A DNA stretch of 64,000 bases from Chiloscyllium plagiosum (Eukaryota), in the NCBI RefSeq assembly GCF_004010195.1, contig NC_057728.1:40652346-40716345 (forward strand). Direction: 5' to 3'. The translations under genes and the position numbers were made by a program. Shown piece after piece: positions 1 through 12,143 of this stretch (position 1 is its first letter; each line of letters starts with the position of its first letter). Under the pieces are notes generated by a model. It was given only the letters and a program-made list of their open reading frames with translations, was not told the origin of the DNA and did not search any database.

Positions 1-663
1 TTCACCAGTCAATGAAGGCAAGCATGCAGGTACAGCAGGTAGTGAAGAAGGCTAATAGCATGCTGGCCTTCATAACAAGAGGGATTGAGTATAGAAGCAA
101 AGAGGTGCTTCTGCAGCTGTACAGGGCCCTGGTGAGACCACACCTGGAGTACTGTGTGCAGTTCTGGTCTCCAAATTTGAGAAAAGACATTCTGGCTATT
201 GAGGGAGTGCAGCGTAGGTTCACGAGGTCAATTCCTGGAATGGCAGGATTACCTTACACTGAAAGACTGAAGCGACTGGGCTTGTATACCCTTGAGTTTC
301 GAAGATTGAGAGGGGATCTGATTGAGACATATAAGATTATGAAAGGATTGACACTCTGGCAGTAGGAAACATATTTCCACTGATGGGTGAGTGCCGAACC
401 AGAGGACACAGCTTAAAAATACAGGGTAGACCATTTAGGACAGAATGCTCTGCCCCAGAGGGCAGTGGAGGCCCAGTCTCTGGATTCATTTAAGAAGGAG
501 TTGGATAGAGCTCTCAAAGATAGTGGAATCAAGGGTTATGGAGATAAGGCAGGAACAGGATACCTATTAGGAATGATCAGCCATGATTATATTGAATGGC
601 GGTGCAGGCTCGAAGGGCTGAATGGCCTACTCCTGCACCTATTGTCTATTGTCTATTGTCTAT
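1..663 (+). mobile_element. CR1-clade (HER1-like) LINE, 3' fragment of ORF2 plus 3' UTR and (ATTGTCT)n tail
   Basis: ORF 12..365 carries the CR1 C-terminal motifs LYRALVRPHLEYCVQFWSP and RRLRGDLIETYKIM. It ends in attgtctattgtctattgtctat (641-663). A frameshift and a probable small internal deletion lie at about 350-445. Confidence 0.93.
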
Positions 664-669
664 AAATGG

Positions 670-895
670 CTGGATGTACTGAATACAGCAAAGGCTATGG
701 CCCTGACAACATTCCTGCAATAATACTCAAGTCTTGAATTCTAGAGCAGCCATGACTATCAGTCTACTCTCAATCATCAGCAAAGTGACAAAAGGGCTCA
801 TTGACTGTGGTATCAAGTGGCACTTGAAAATGAATAATTTGCATTCTGACACATAGTTTGAGCTCCACCAGAGCCACTCATATCATGACCTCTTT
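670..895 (+). mobile_element. Old fragment of the second CR1-clade LINE family (same family as 25895-27465)
   Basis: gcaaaggctatggccctgacaacattcctgcaataatact resembles gcaaagattatgggtgctgacaacattccaacaatagta at about 25942. caatcatcagcaaagtga and ccagagccactca also match that element. Confidence 0.7.
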
Positions 896-1024
896 ACTTT
901 AGTTACAGTCAGATATTCCAGAGGGGTCCAACTCATTGACCTGAATAGTTATCCAGAAAATGTTGGAAAGGTTAAAACCCTCCCTAACTCCTGGCCGAGA
1001 ATAAAAATGACTCTCTAATTTCTC

Positions 1025-1640
1025 ACACTAACCACCTAACTACTCACACTGACCCCTCCCAATCCCCAATCCAACAATCACACTGTGGTCTACCCTAAGC
1101 ATCCACCCACTCATCTGTTCCATGTGCCCCCTTTATCTTGACACAATACCTTTTCATTAGCTAAAATCCTACTAACATGTCCCATGTGGCATCTGTATTC
1201 TCTCACCTATCTGGCACACTCTTAATGATCTGGTATCCTACTCTCTCACCCACCTGCACCCCCCCACCAACACCCCACACACCTGGCACCTGTACTTTTT
1301 TACACATCTGTCACAGTCCCCCCTCACCCAACTGGCATCTCTAGCCTCTACCTGCCACCCTGCCCTTCACTGACCTGGCACCCTAACTCTCACCATTTTG
1401 CACCTTACCCATACCAATCTGGCATCCTAACCCATGCAATGACTTGTCAGCCTACTGCATCACCCACTGACTCCTGTACCCCACAATCCATCACACTATC
1501 CCTTCAACCATTTGCCATATTATCTCCAAATCTACCTGGCACTCTACCTGCTCCACCCATTCCCACAAAAATGCAGCCTATCCCTTCAGACAGTGGCCAC
1601 CTTAATCCTTCTCCCCCTACCTTAGACACAATCCCTTTCT
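1025..1640. repeat. Degenerate C-rich minisatellite, unit about 20-24 bp resembling CTCACCCACCTGGCACCCTA
   Basis: Recurrent (a)cctggcac/ctggcatc/cacccac motifs at short intervals, with strong C-over-G strand skew. Confidence 0.6.
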
Positions 1641-2524
1641 CAGCAGTGGCCTTTGTGGCTTCAGGACCTTTAAATATTTGAGTACTGCAGCTAGTGTTTT
1701 CATGGGCAATCCACTCCATTCCTGGATGTGTGGATTCCTGGCCGGGATTTGTTTGATTCAGCTGGGAAGTCTCCTAGCCTGGAAGTTCACATGGAGGATT
1801 CCTCCAAATGTAAGTGTTTTTTTTGTCCTATCAGAGTCAGAAATACAGTTTCTGACCTTGTTTGGAAAATCTGGCCTCCAGTATTTATTGGCTCTTGTAG
1901 TGCTTCAGCTGAATACAGAAGAGAATTCATATAAATACTTTGCCTTACAATGTACATTAAAATATGACATAATGTTTCATTCACTTAGTAATTAACTTGG
2001 CTACATGAGTTTGCTTTCTAGTGTTGAAAGATGATCGAATGATTCCAGCGATCTCACGGTGAATCTGTTTACAGCTTTTCATTATCATTGTTCTTACTGT
2101 ACTTAGCTTATTCTATGTAACATGATAAAATAACCCATTTGAAGAGTACACCATTACCAGGATAAAATGTCACCACATTTTTTATTGAAAAGATCAGTTA
2201 GTTGCTTGGCTTTGTTTAAAACGTATCTGTCAAATGGTCTGATTTGGAGATAATATGGCAAATGTACATAGAAAGATTTTAAGAAATTTTGCTGGATCTT
2301 CGATTTTTAAATCAGAGACATGTGAAACATAAGGAAACATGTAAGTAATGGTTATAGCTGTATATCAAATTTGCATACAATTGTTGAGGGTTTCTGATGA
2401 TGACACTGTCTGTAGTCATCCTCTGCAGACAGTGAAAGCAATGCATGAAGTTTTGTCGGTAGAATTCCATGCAAATTTTTTTATATTGAACAGAACACTG
2501 AATCTTATCTGCAACAGTTCTACT

Positions 2525-2643
2525 GAGAAAGTGAGGACTGCAGATGCTAGAGATCAGAGCTGAAAATGTGTCGCTGGAAAAGCACAGCAGGTCAGGCAGC
2601 ATCCAAGGAGCAGGAGAATCGACTTTTCGGGCATGAGCCCTTT
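2525..2643 (-). mobile_element. Penelope-like terminal (pLTR) fragment, family B
   Basis: gagaaagtgaggactgcagatgct...aagcacagcaggtcaggcagcatccaaggagcaggagaatcgacttttcgggcatgagccc. Same family as the 21.2k, 25.3k, 27.3k, 54.2k, 55.5k and 61.3k copies. Truncated before the CUGANGA motif. Confidence 0.75.
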
Positions 2644-3029
2644 CCAGCATAAATATGTAATTCTGACTTAGCACTAGCAACGGTTGGGACACTTCCATGA
2701 TATTGGAGAGAACTGACAGACTATTTTGCTAAGTGTGTAATTACAAAGTAATAACATTCAAGTCTAGCCACATCCTTGATGTATTGTAAGTAGATTCTGG
2801 CACTGAGTAAGTTACCTTTGTCCAATCCCTTGCCTGCATGCCTTTGAACTGATTCAAGGACCAAGAGATAAGTTTGCTGGAGAGGCTGCCAAATATTATT
2901 ACTACATTTAATCACTAGACAAGTATGTCCTTTGTAGGGCATTGAAGTCATCACTGTGATAAGTAGAACTGCAATGTCTTAATAACTCCCAAGCAATTGA
3001 AAGAATGTTGTCATTCAGATTATGTGAGC

Positions 3030-3195
3030 AATTTTTCATTGCTATATTTGGGAGCTTGCTGTGCATAAATTAGCTGCCATGCTACTTTGCATCACAACAA
3101 GGATCACACTGTATTTCATTTGTAGTGAAACCTTTGGAATATCCTAAAACCAAAAAGGCAGTATATAAATGCACTATATAAATGCAGTATATAAA
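3030..3195 (+). mobile_element. Deu-domain SINE 3' part (SacSINE/AmnSINE-like), with a 13-bp tail unit repeated three times
   Basis: tttgggagcttgctgtgcataaattagctgcc...aaaggcagtatataaatgca. The unit gca(g/c)tatataaat is repeated 3x at about 3158-3196. Confidence 0.6.
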
Positions 3196-3389
3196 TCCTC
3201 CTCAATGTGCATTCATAAAATTCAACAAAACCAACCTGTTTCTGATGGGAAACGACACAGAAATTGTAGCATATTTGAACATGGGATTCACATTTTTAAA
3301 AATAAATGTTGTTAGAGTTTGGGATCTCACAATAAGACAATAAATATTCTTTTTATGCAACTTCATTAAAATGCTTTGTTACAAATATG

Positions 3390-3595
3390 ATTTGGAGATG
3401 CCGGTGTTGGACTGGAGTGTACAAAGTTTAAAATCACACAACACCAGGTTATAGTCCAACAGGTTTGGAAGCACACTAGCTTTCGGAGCGACGCTCCTTC
3501 ATCAGACAACCACCTGATAAAGGAGCGTCGCTCCGAAAGCTAGTGCTTCTAATTAAACCTGTTGGACTATAACCTGGTGTTGTGTGATTTTTAAC
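3390..3595. mobile_element. Palindromic Penelope-like mini-element (family A): two inverted pLTR arms, 14-bp TSD
   Basis: Arms at about 3424-3505 and 3514-3597 are reverse complements. The direct repeat ttgttacaaatatg occurs at 3376-3389 and 3596-3609. Confidence 0.88.
3474..3507 (-). ncRNA. Minimal hammerhead ribozyme motif (core intact, stem I disrupted at the inversion point)
   Basis: Minus strand reads gt-CTGATGA-a-GGAGC-gtc-GCTCC-GAAA-gc-TA-gtg. The partner plus-strand motif at 3511-3545 has CTGATAA (G8 mutated). Confidence 0.7.
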
Positions 3596-4426
3596 TTGTT
3601 ACAAATATGTATGCACCTGGCACTCAATTCGAACTTTGTGTGCTGCAAAAGAACATTTGCTGATTAGAGACAAAATAATTGAAAAGAAAATCAAAGCAGA
3701 GATCAAAAATCTATAAAATACAAACAACACATATATAAAAAAAGCTAGTACAACAATACCATCCCATTCCACATGGTATAATCTGCTCACCATTAAATCC
3801 ATTCCACTTCATCCCTTCCTCTGCACTTACACAAGTTCCTGCAAGAGGTGAACAAACCCAGAGAAGAAAAATGTTTGACCAATTTGGGGTGGGGGAGGGG
3901 GCGGGGAGGTCAAAAAACTCGGAGAAATTTCCATCTAATTCCCTGTAGGGAACCATGCAAGCTTCAGAAGACAATGCTTGGAATGACTGTTCCCCCCTAC
4001 CCCACCTACTTACTGAAAGGGCCGTAGACACAAAGATCTTGCAATCTACATAAAGTATTTCAGTGTTATCAAATGAACTACAAAGTGTGCATTGAAACAC
4101 AGCAATGCATACAGTACAAAAATGCCCTTTCTTCAGACCATATCAACATTAAAAATTGCAGTTCTGGCTAATTTTTAGTGTGTTGCATCTAACCTAGCAG
4201 CATTTAATGCTGAAACTGCTTTTAAAAAGTAGCAATTTATTCATTCCTAACTTCTGATAACTACTGTAACTTAATTGGAAACATGCATTTCAATCTAATT
4301 TATCCATAGAGAAAATAATATTCACATGTTTCAAGTCAGAACAAATAAACAAAACTAAATATCATTTAATTTAAACAACGCTTGGCAGTTAACTGTCAGT
4401 CATTATCTAATTGGTGTGTTTTCCAT

Positions 4427-5093
4427 TGTGTAGTGTTCGGGTCAAAAATTATATCTTCAAGCCAGACCAGTAAGGGTTAACCATTAAAGGTTTATTGGAC
4501 TTAATAATGACCAATTGAATTAACGTGAAAAAGTACATGAAAAACAGGCCTAATGCAAAAATAGCCTGTTTGATGGGGGTGTGTGGGGGAGGCTGTCTGA
4601 ACTTAAGGGACAATGAGACCCTACTACTTGTGCAGTCTACACGGGGCCAACTGGACTTGTTTTCTCATCGATCGAAGGCTTGGAAAGCACTGAAGTTATT
4701 ACAAATGGGGTTTAAGCAGGAAACCTTCGATTTAGAATGGTATTAATATCAGGAACTTTGTCCCACTTATTGACTTTCCCCATCAGACTGGGCTCGTGAG
4801 ACCAGGGCCATGGACCTTCATGGACAGGGTTTGAGGACCGGTGCTGTGGAAACTGAGATCAGCCTCTGAGTGCCAGCCATCACTCAGGAGTTCCCCACAG
4901 GCAAAAGGCAGTGAGACTTGCTTGTCGAATATGTTTAAAATAGTTTAAGCTAATGGATTCACTCCTTAGTTTGCATATATCTAAATTAGATTAATAATAA
5001 ATGTGCTTTATATCAAGCACATGTGTCTACTTTTATTCATTTGGATCAGACCTCAAAGACTGTCTTTAGTTACTTTCAGCTTCACAATAAACA
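4427..5093 (+). mobile_element. Candidate solo LTR
   Basis: TG...CA ends, AATAAA at about 4996 and a U5-like end. It appears to split a ttttccat/ggcaatgcc flank. No clean TSD found. Confidence 0.4.
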
Positions 5094-5243
5094 TGGCAAT
5101 GCCTCTCCCAGTTAGAGTCTATTTGTCATACAATCGATATTCTCATGTCAGACAGTAGAAACCGTCATTCCCTTTTTACATCAGTACTCCTGTGAATATC
5201 CTGTGCTACACCTCAAGCTTCAGGAAATAGAACCAATATGCAA

Positions 5244-5306
5244 ATTAATGCACTTTTTTTAATTTTAAAAGTCTCATTAATGCCTTTTTTTAATTTTAAA
5301 AGTCCC
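5244..5306. repeat. Short tandem duplication, about 32 bp x2
   Basis: attaatgcactttttttaattttaaaagtctc followed by attaatgcctttttttaattttaaaagtccc. Confidence 0.85.
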
Positions 5307-6603
5307 ATATTTTATTAGAAAAACTACAGGAACACAACAGTAAATTGGGAGGTCCCATTTGATTCATATGTACTTAAGAGTTTATTTTCCCCTCACAACC
5401 ATCCACACAAGTCAGCAGGCATACACAAACAGCTATAACAAAAGCATGATGAGTCACGGATCAGTATAAATGAGTGCAATTATTGTCATAGCAGAGGATA
5501 TCGACTAGACCTCTGTCTGTCACCATGAGGATTCAGGAAAATTGATGGTAAAGTAAATGTAAGAAAGAGAAAGGGGTCAAAAGTATTTTGATATTAAATT
5601 GAGACAATGATGATAACTTTTGGACATCTTCCAGCCATTTGCCCTGAGGTTTCTTTGCTCTCTGTAGCTAAATCAACATCCCTTTAAGATTAGGTTGGAG
5701 TGGGGGGTCGGCTGCCTTTAAGTGGTGTCAGTCTAAGCTAATTATCCCCAACAGGTGTATGACCAATGAAAGGTACAGGTAGCAATGGCTGCCTTCCTAA
5801 ATTATAGCAATAAGCTTGTTGCACCAATTTAACATCGTCCCATCTGAATCGGTGCATCCAACATATATCCCAACTCTTGCATATCAGAATTCAAGTAAAA
5901 TTGAATGTATTGGTTCTAATATCACAAACATCTATTCAATATATAATTGAACAGTAAACAAGAATATGAGTTATATTTACACAGACGATCAAAGCTAGAA
6001 GAGTGAAGCCAATTGTAACACCCTTACAGCTATTCTAGTGGCCAACTCAGCACAGGCTGAGGATCAAATCTAGTATCTGGCATACATTGAATAAATTAGA
6101 AAGGGTTCTGCTGGAGTCGTTACCACATATTCAATTACCTGGCTAAGAACCCACACTGCTTACTAACATGTCAGTCTAATTGAATAAAACTTGACGTGTT
6201 CCATCAGCTGCTTATAATGATAACAAAAGAGAGGAGCGATGTAAGGACAGCAGAAATTGCATGTGCATACACATATGAAAAAAAGCACAATATGCTCCAA
6301 AATCTAAAGAATTACAGCCATTCCCTTCCCACCTTGCCTGTCCCCACACACGTGCATGTCAGGTTTGTAGCAAATTTGATATAGTTTTATTGCATCATGA
6401 GTTTAGGAAAGAAAGGTTGGAGGATTGGATCCTTAATGAAGCCCACACTATGCTAGGCAGCTCACTTTTTTTCATTGACCTGTTTTCTCCTCACACCTCC
6501 TGCAGTCCTCTGATGTGCTTGATGATTGCCTCTAGCCACTTTTCATGCTTGCACCTGCATGTGAACATAGGCTTTAATTCAGCCATGAGGAAAGCTCAAT
6601 CCT

Positions 6604-6951
6604 GTCATACAGTCATAGAGATATACAGCATGGAAACAGACCCTTCCGTCCAACTCATCCATGCCAACCAGATATCCTAAACTAATGTAGTCCCATTTTC
6701 CAGCACTTGGCCCATATCCCTCCAAACTTCCTATTCATATACCCATCTAGGTGTCTTTTAAATGATGTAATTGTACCAGTCTCCACCACTTCCTCTGGCA
6801 GTTCATTCCATACATGCACCACCCTCTGTGTGAAAAAGTTGCCCCTTAGGTCTCTTTTAAATCTTTTCCCGCTCACCCTGTACCTATGCCTTCTAGTTCT
6901 GGACTCCACCAACCCTGGGAAAAGACCTTGTCTATTTACTCTATCCATGCC
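6604..6951 (-). mobile_element. HER1-like CR1 LINE 3' fragment
   Basis: ORF 6682..6948 reads MDRVNRQGLFP...ESRTR...LRGNFFTQRVVHVWNELP. The (CTATGACT)-type tail lies at about 6604-6620. Confidence 0.92.
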
Positions 6952-7716
6952 TAATGTACAGTGTCACCTTACAGTGGAATCAGCAAATGCAGCACTGACT
7001 GAACACATAATACCCTGAAATTACCAGGTGAGCTATCGAGGGGGCCCTGCAAACATACTTATTTGCAATCAACTCTAAATAAAACATATGGAAGGGATTT
7101 ATTTATTTTATTGTTTCTGATACTATGTATGTGAAAGTGTTATTGGAAATTATCGTGGCCTTGATTTAACTCCAGGTAGGTGTGTAATGAGGTGAGTACA
7201 AATCTTAACCACTGATGTGTAAGAGAGAATGAGATTATTTTAATTCGTGCATCATATTTAAATCCTTTGGTTGATTTTTCATACATTGAGAAATGTCCGA
7301 GAATTACAAGACCTAAAGGGAGGTGTTTGCGGTACTCTGTAGTTCAAAATGGTCACATATCTAAGGTTCGAGAAACATTAACATTCTGAGCAGCTATTCT
7401 GCTGCTCCTGGTCTCTTCTGCAGTCGTTCCACTGACAGCTGAGCTCGAATTGTAGACAGTGTTTAGTGATGTGACCACATATATATAAAGAAGAACTGTT
7501 GTTTGGCCAGGTTAAAATTGGACAGCAGAATCTTGGTGATTTAGGCCACCTATTCATCCACTTCCAATCTGATGGATAGAATTAAAATCACCAAGAATTG
7601 TCGAATGAATTTCTAACTATTTGTCTCATTTTGGAAAATTCCTCCTGACAAAGTGGAAATATTTTTGGGACAGAAGTAACTTGTCAGTTTATTGGCCTTC
7701 AAAACTGAATAAAATG

Positions 7717-8041
7717 ATGGCAGCTCAGTGATCAGCACAGCTGCCTCACAGGTTTGATTCCAGCCTTGGGTACCTGTCTGAGTGGTGTGTTTACATTCTC
7801 CCTGTATCTGCGTGGGTTTCCTCTGGGTGCTCCAGTTTCCTCCCACAGTTGAAAGGTGTGCAGGTTGGGTGGATTGGCAGTGCTAATTTGTCCTGTAGTA
7901 TCTAGGAATATGCAGGCTAGTGTGGATTAGCCATGGTAACTATGGTGATAGGGCCTGAATCTTGGTGGGATGTTCATCAGAGGGCTGGGTCTGTACTCAA
8001 TAGGCCAAATGGCCTCTTTCTGCACTGAAGGGGTTCTATGA
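7717..8041 (+). mobile_element. HE1-like V-SINE (tRNA-derived), old copy
   Basis: tggcagctcagtgatcagcacagctgcctcacag head; V-domain tctccctgtatctgcgtgggtttcctctgggtgctccagtttcctcccacag; CR1-type tail ggccaaatggcctctttctgcactg...ttctatg. Confidence 0.85.
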
Positions 8042-8344
8042 AAAGAGTCTAATCTGGTGCACACAATTTGCACGAGAAAAGTGTCAGATACCAAATTAGT
8101 CATTCACAGCATTGATCTGAAACAGACAGGAGGTTGCTTAAATATGCAAATTGAGGTCCTTTTATTACAATCTCCATGCAGATCATTAACCTGAGAAATT
8201 GAAAATTGAACTTGAAAATTAGCTGAAGGAATGACACATGAAGATTTCAGAGTTTTTAAAGTTTGCTGTATTAAATCACTAATCAAACACAACATTGACT
8301 TTTTTTCTTCTATGTGCAACTTAGACTTTAAACTATAGAGTTAA

Positions 8345-8978
8345 ACAGCAAAACCAGGAATTGTTGGAGAAACTCAACAGCTCTGGCAGCATCTATGGAG
8401 AGAAAGCAGAGTTAAAATTTTGAGTCTGGTGACTCTTCGTCAGAACTGATAGCACTTGGAAAGTGTGGTATTTACACTGAAGCTGACGTTGGGGTTGGGG
8501 TCAGAGGGAGAGGAGAGGGTCCACTTGGGGACATTGCAGTTTCTGGGTCTCAACATTGAGTTCAATAACTTTAGAACCTGATTCCATCCTTTCATGTTTT
8601 TTACCCAACCTCACACTGTGGTCCTGCCATTACATGGGTTGCTTTCAGCACAGCTTACCTATTCTGTCCTACTTTCAGCTCTAATTATCACTAATTCAAC
8701 TCCACTTCTATCCTGGCCTATCATCAATAATCCCTTCGTTTGCCTATCCCTTTTGTATCTCTCTCTGGACTCTGCCTCCAACTATATGCTCACCTTCCAC
8801 CCCACCTTCAGCACAAATATAATTTTTTCCTGGCTGCTATCAGTTCTGATGAACAGTCATTGGACTTGAAAGCTTAACTCTGCATTTGCCCCACAGATGG
8901 TACCAGACATGCTGAGCTTTGCCAGCAATTTCTGTTTTTGTTTCAGGTCTCCATCATTCGTAGTTGTTTGTTTTATTA
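8345..8978 (+). mobile_element. Old Penelope-like element: GIY-YIG C-terminal remnant and 3' pLTR, with an inverted pLTR at the left end
   Basis: About 8350-8454 is the reverse complement of about 8834-8937. Bases 8545-8575 read GLNIEFNNFR. Degenerate hammerhead agtt-CTGATGA-a-cagtc-attg-gactt-GAAA-gc-TT-aact at 8842-8879. Confidence 0.75.
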
Positions 8979-10509
8979 GCAACATTTTGCTCATTATCAC
9001 ACATCACATACCTCACAGAACCACAGTTCTTCCAGCAAATGGTTCAGAGTTGCTCCCAGCTTCTGATGAGTTCTTTCATTTTTTTCCATCTTCCCAGCTG
9101 GGTAACTTCTAACCCTAGAACTACTTTTCGCTGCTTGGATTATGCAATCTCTTTTTCTAGCTCAATGTTAGGTGAATCTTCTACATCCTTAACTCCTCAA
9201 CAAATCAGGCTTCAATCTAAACACCTACTCCCATCAATGTTCTGTGTGGTGAGCAATTAAGTCAGCATTGTTTCTGCTTAAGGCGCAGGCCAGGCTGTTT
9301 CTATCTGCTGGTCTCTTTTTCCAATATGGCAGCAGATTACACAAGACAAACTACTATTGCTCACTGTCTGTGATGTGCCTAGTTTAAAGAAAAGCCTGGC
9401 AGCTCATCTTGAAATGACTTCCTCCTCCTTATTCCACAAGGCAAGAGGAAGCATATTAGCTTTGTACCTAGGTAGAAATCTTAATTTGGGTTATCCTTGA
9501 TTCTAAATCTTTTCCTTTTACAGTCCCCTAAGTTTACAGTTTAATTTTTATAACACCCTTCTGAGAGTTTGGGATCAGAGTTTATTTATGATATACCCAA
9601 TATCATAAATATAAATACCCAATACCACCATAATAGTGGCAGGTTCTGCACTGACTTTAAATCTTCCTTAAATCTATAACCATTAAAGTATTGACATATA
9701 AACACCAGCACAGGTAACATGACCCTGTTTATCAAGCTGATATTTAAATTTACAATTCCAAAATATAGTAACCTTATAAACTGAAAGGTACAATCCTGAA
9801 ACAAAATAATCTTATAAAACTAATGGTGATGCCCATTGTAGTATCTTCACAATAACACTCAGGTCCGAATGAGCCGAACATAACTTGTATATGTTCCAGC
9901 TAGGTTTTGAATGGCCCAACAAGTTTAAAAAAATCTAGTCAAGGTAGTCGAAAATAAACTAAAATCAACTTTAACCCAGAAGAATCAGAAGTGCACAAAA
10001 CAAAATCTACCTTCTTGTCAGTAAGGTCAAGGCACGCTCCCAGAATTGCCCCTTTGCTGTGATCTCTACTGCAGCAAGTTTGTGTAGCAGCTGGTCAATT
10101 TCCCTCTCTCCCCAGCTGATGCTTATTTTCACAGCCACAACTCACCAGTAAATGAGTTCTGAATTCAAATGTGACCCAGTTCTATGGCCTTTGCAGATTG
10201 GTGTGGGGAGCAGACTGCGTAAACTTTGTGCCTGTTCTGGGCACAAATTGAATATCTCCCTTCATCTACATAGTTCATTGATAAATTACATGCCAGGTCT
10301 TGCCAAATAAACCTAATGAATCATCTTATTTACAGTTCACATTTTGGATTGGTATAAGGCAATTAAAATCTTATGACTAATAATGCTAAATTTACTGCGA
10401 GACTTTTACAACAACAAAGAATACTTACACCCAATCTATTTACTCACCAAAATTACACAGGAAAGAAAAAGATATTCATTCACAAGCTGAGCACAGCAAA
10501 GGAAGTTAA

Positions 10510-10750
10510 TGACCAAGGGAGGTGTCAGCCTCAGCTCATGCCTGAGTTAGAGGATTGCAAGTTCAAACCCCTTTCCAGAGCCTTTTAACTGGGTTCACAC
10601 TGATATAATAATGTGGGAGCTTTGTACTGTGAGGTGTGGTATCCCCAGAAGGCGATGTTCAGCTGAGTTTCTATCTAGCCTTTCAGGTGGCTTTAAAGGT
10701 AAAGTTGCACAACACAAATACCAGGCGGTGGTCATCTCCAACAAGGGAGT
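10510..10750 (+). mobile_element. Deu-domain SINE, 5' part (very old)
   Basis: gcctgagttagaggattgcaagttcaaacccctttccagag (B-box-like), followed by gggagctttgtactgtgaggtgtg...ctttcaggtgg. Confidence 0.45.
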
Positions 10751-10756
10751 GAATTT

Positions 10757-11298
10757 ATAAGAACATAAGAAATAGGACTAGAAGTAAGCCATTCAGCCCC
10801 TCGAGCCTGCTCTGCCATTAATAAAATCAAGGTCGATCCAACATTTCCTGCCTTTTTCCTGTGATCTCTGATTTCTCTAGTGATTAAGAATCAGTATCAG
10901 CCTTAAATATACACAAGGACTCTGCCCCCACAGCTCTTTGTGGCAAGGAGTTCCAAAGACACTCAACCCTCTGAGAGAAGAAATTCCTCCTCATCTCAGT
11001 CTACAGTTGGTGCCCCTTTATTCTGAGATTATGTCCTAGACATGAGGGGAAATATCTTCACAGCATTTATCCTGTCAAACCCCTTAAGAATCTATATGTT
11101 TCAATGAAATCAACTCTCATGCTTCTAAATTCCAGTGAGTATATTCCTGACCTGTTTGACCTTTTCTCCTAAGACAGTCCCTCCATCATCTTTGTGAACC
11201 TTCGCTGAACTGCCTCCAAATAAACACTATCTTTCCTTAAATAAAGGGATCCAAACTGCTCACAATACTCCAGATGTGGCTTCACCAGCATCTTGTAC
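10757..11298 (-). mobile_element. CR1 LINE 3' fragment (older subfamily)
   Basis: Tail ataagaacataagaaatagga...ccattcagcccctcgagcctgc. The antisense of the C-terminal ORF2 (ccaaactgctcacaatactccagatgtgg) is present. Confidence 0.85.
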
Positions 11299-11301
11299 TT
11301 A

Positions 11302-12143
11302 AAGTCATAGAGTCACAGAGTCTTACAGCACAGAAACAGACCCTTTGGTGCAACCAGTCCATGCTAAACATAATCCCAAACTAAACTAGTCCCATCTACC
11401 TGCTTCTGACCCATATCCCTCCAATGCTTTCCTATTTATGCACTTATTCAAATGTATTTTAAACATTGTAATTCTACCCACATTCACCACTTTCTCAGGA
11501 AGTTCATTCCATATGTGAACCACCCTCTGTATAAAATAAGTTGCCCCTCATTTTAAAACAAAACTCTCCTCTCACCTTAAAAATGTGTCCCTTAGTGTTG
11601 AAATCCCCCATACTACAGAAAAGACAACAACCATTAACTCTGTCTATACTCTCAGTATTTTATAAACTTCTATCAAGTCACCTCTCAATCTCCTATGCTC
11701 CAGTGAATAAAGTCCCAGCCTATCCAGCCTTTGTTTATAACCTAAATTTTCCATGCACACACTACCCTCTGTTGCCCCTTTGCTCCCGTTAAAATTTTTC
11801 CCCTTTCACCTTATACTTATGCCCTCTAGTTTTGGACTCCCTCAAGCCGAAAAAGACCTTGTCTGTTTATCCTATCCATGCCCCTCATGATTTTATAAAC
11901 CTTTATGAGGTCACCCCTCAGCCTCCGACACTCCAGGGAAAATAGCCCCAGCCTATTCAGCCTCTTGCTATGGCTCAAACCTTCCAACCCTGGCAACTTA
12001 TTTGTAACTCTTTCCTGAACCCTTTCAAGTTTAACAAGATCTTTTCTATAGCAGGAAGACCAGAACTGAATGCAGTATTTCAAAAATGGCTGAACCAATA
12101 TCCTGTAAAGCCACAATACGACATTCCAACTCCTATATTCCAA
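11302..12143 (-). mobile_element. Two abutting HER1-like CR1 3' fragments (about 11302-11750 and about 11750-12143)
   Basis: gtcatagagtcacagag tail at about 11305. ORF 11826..12143 reads EYRSWNVVLWLYRILV...RRLRGDLIKVYKIMRG. The same LINE region occurs twice in series. Confidence 0.85.
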
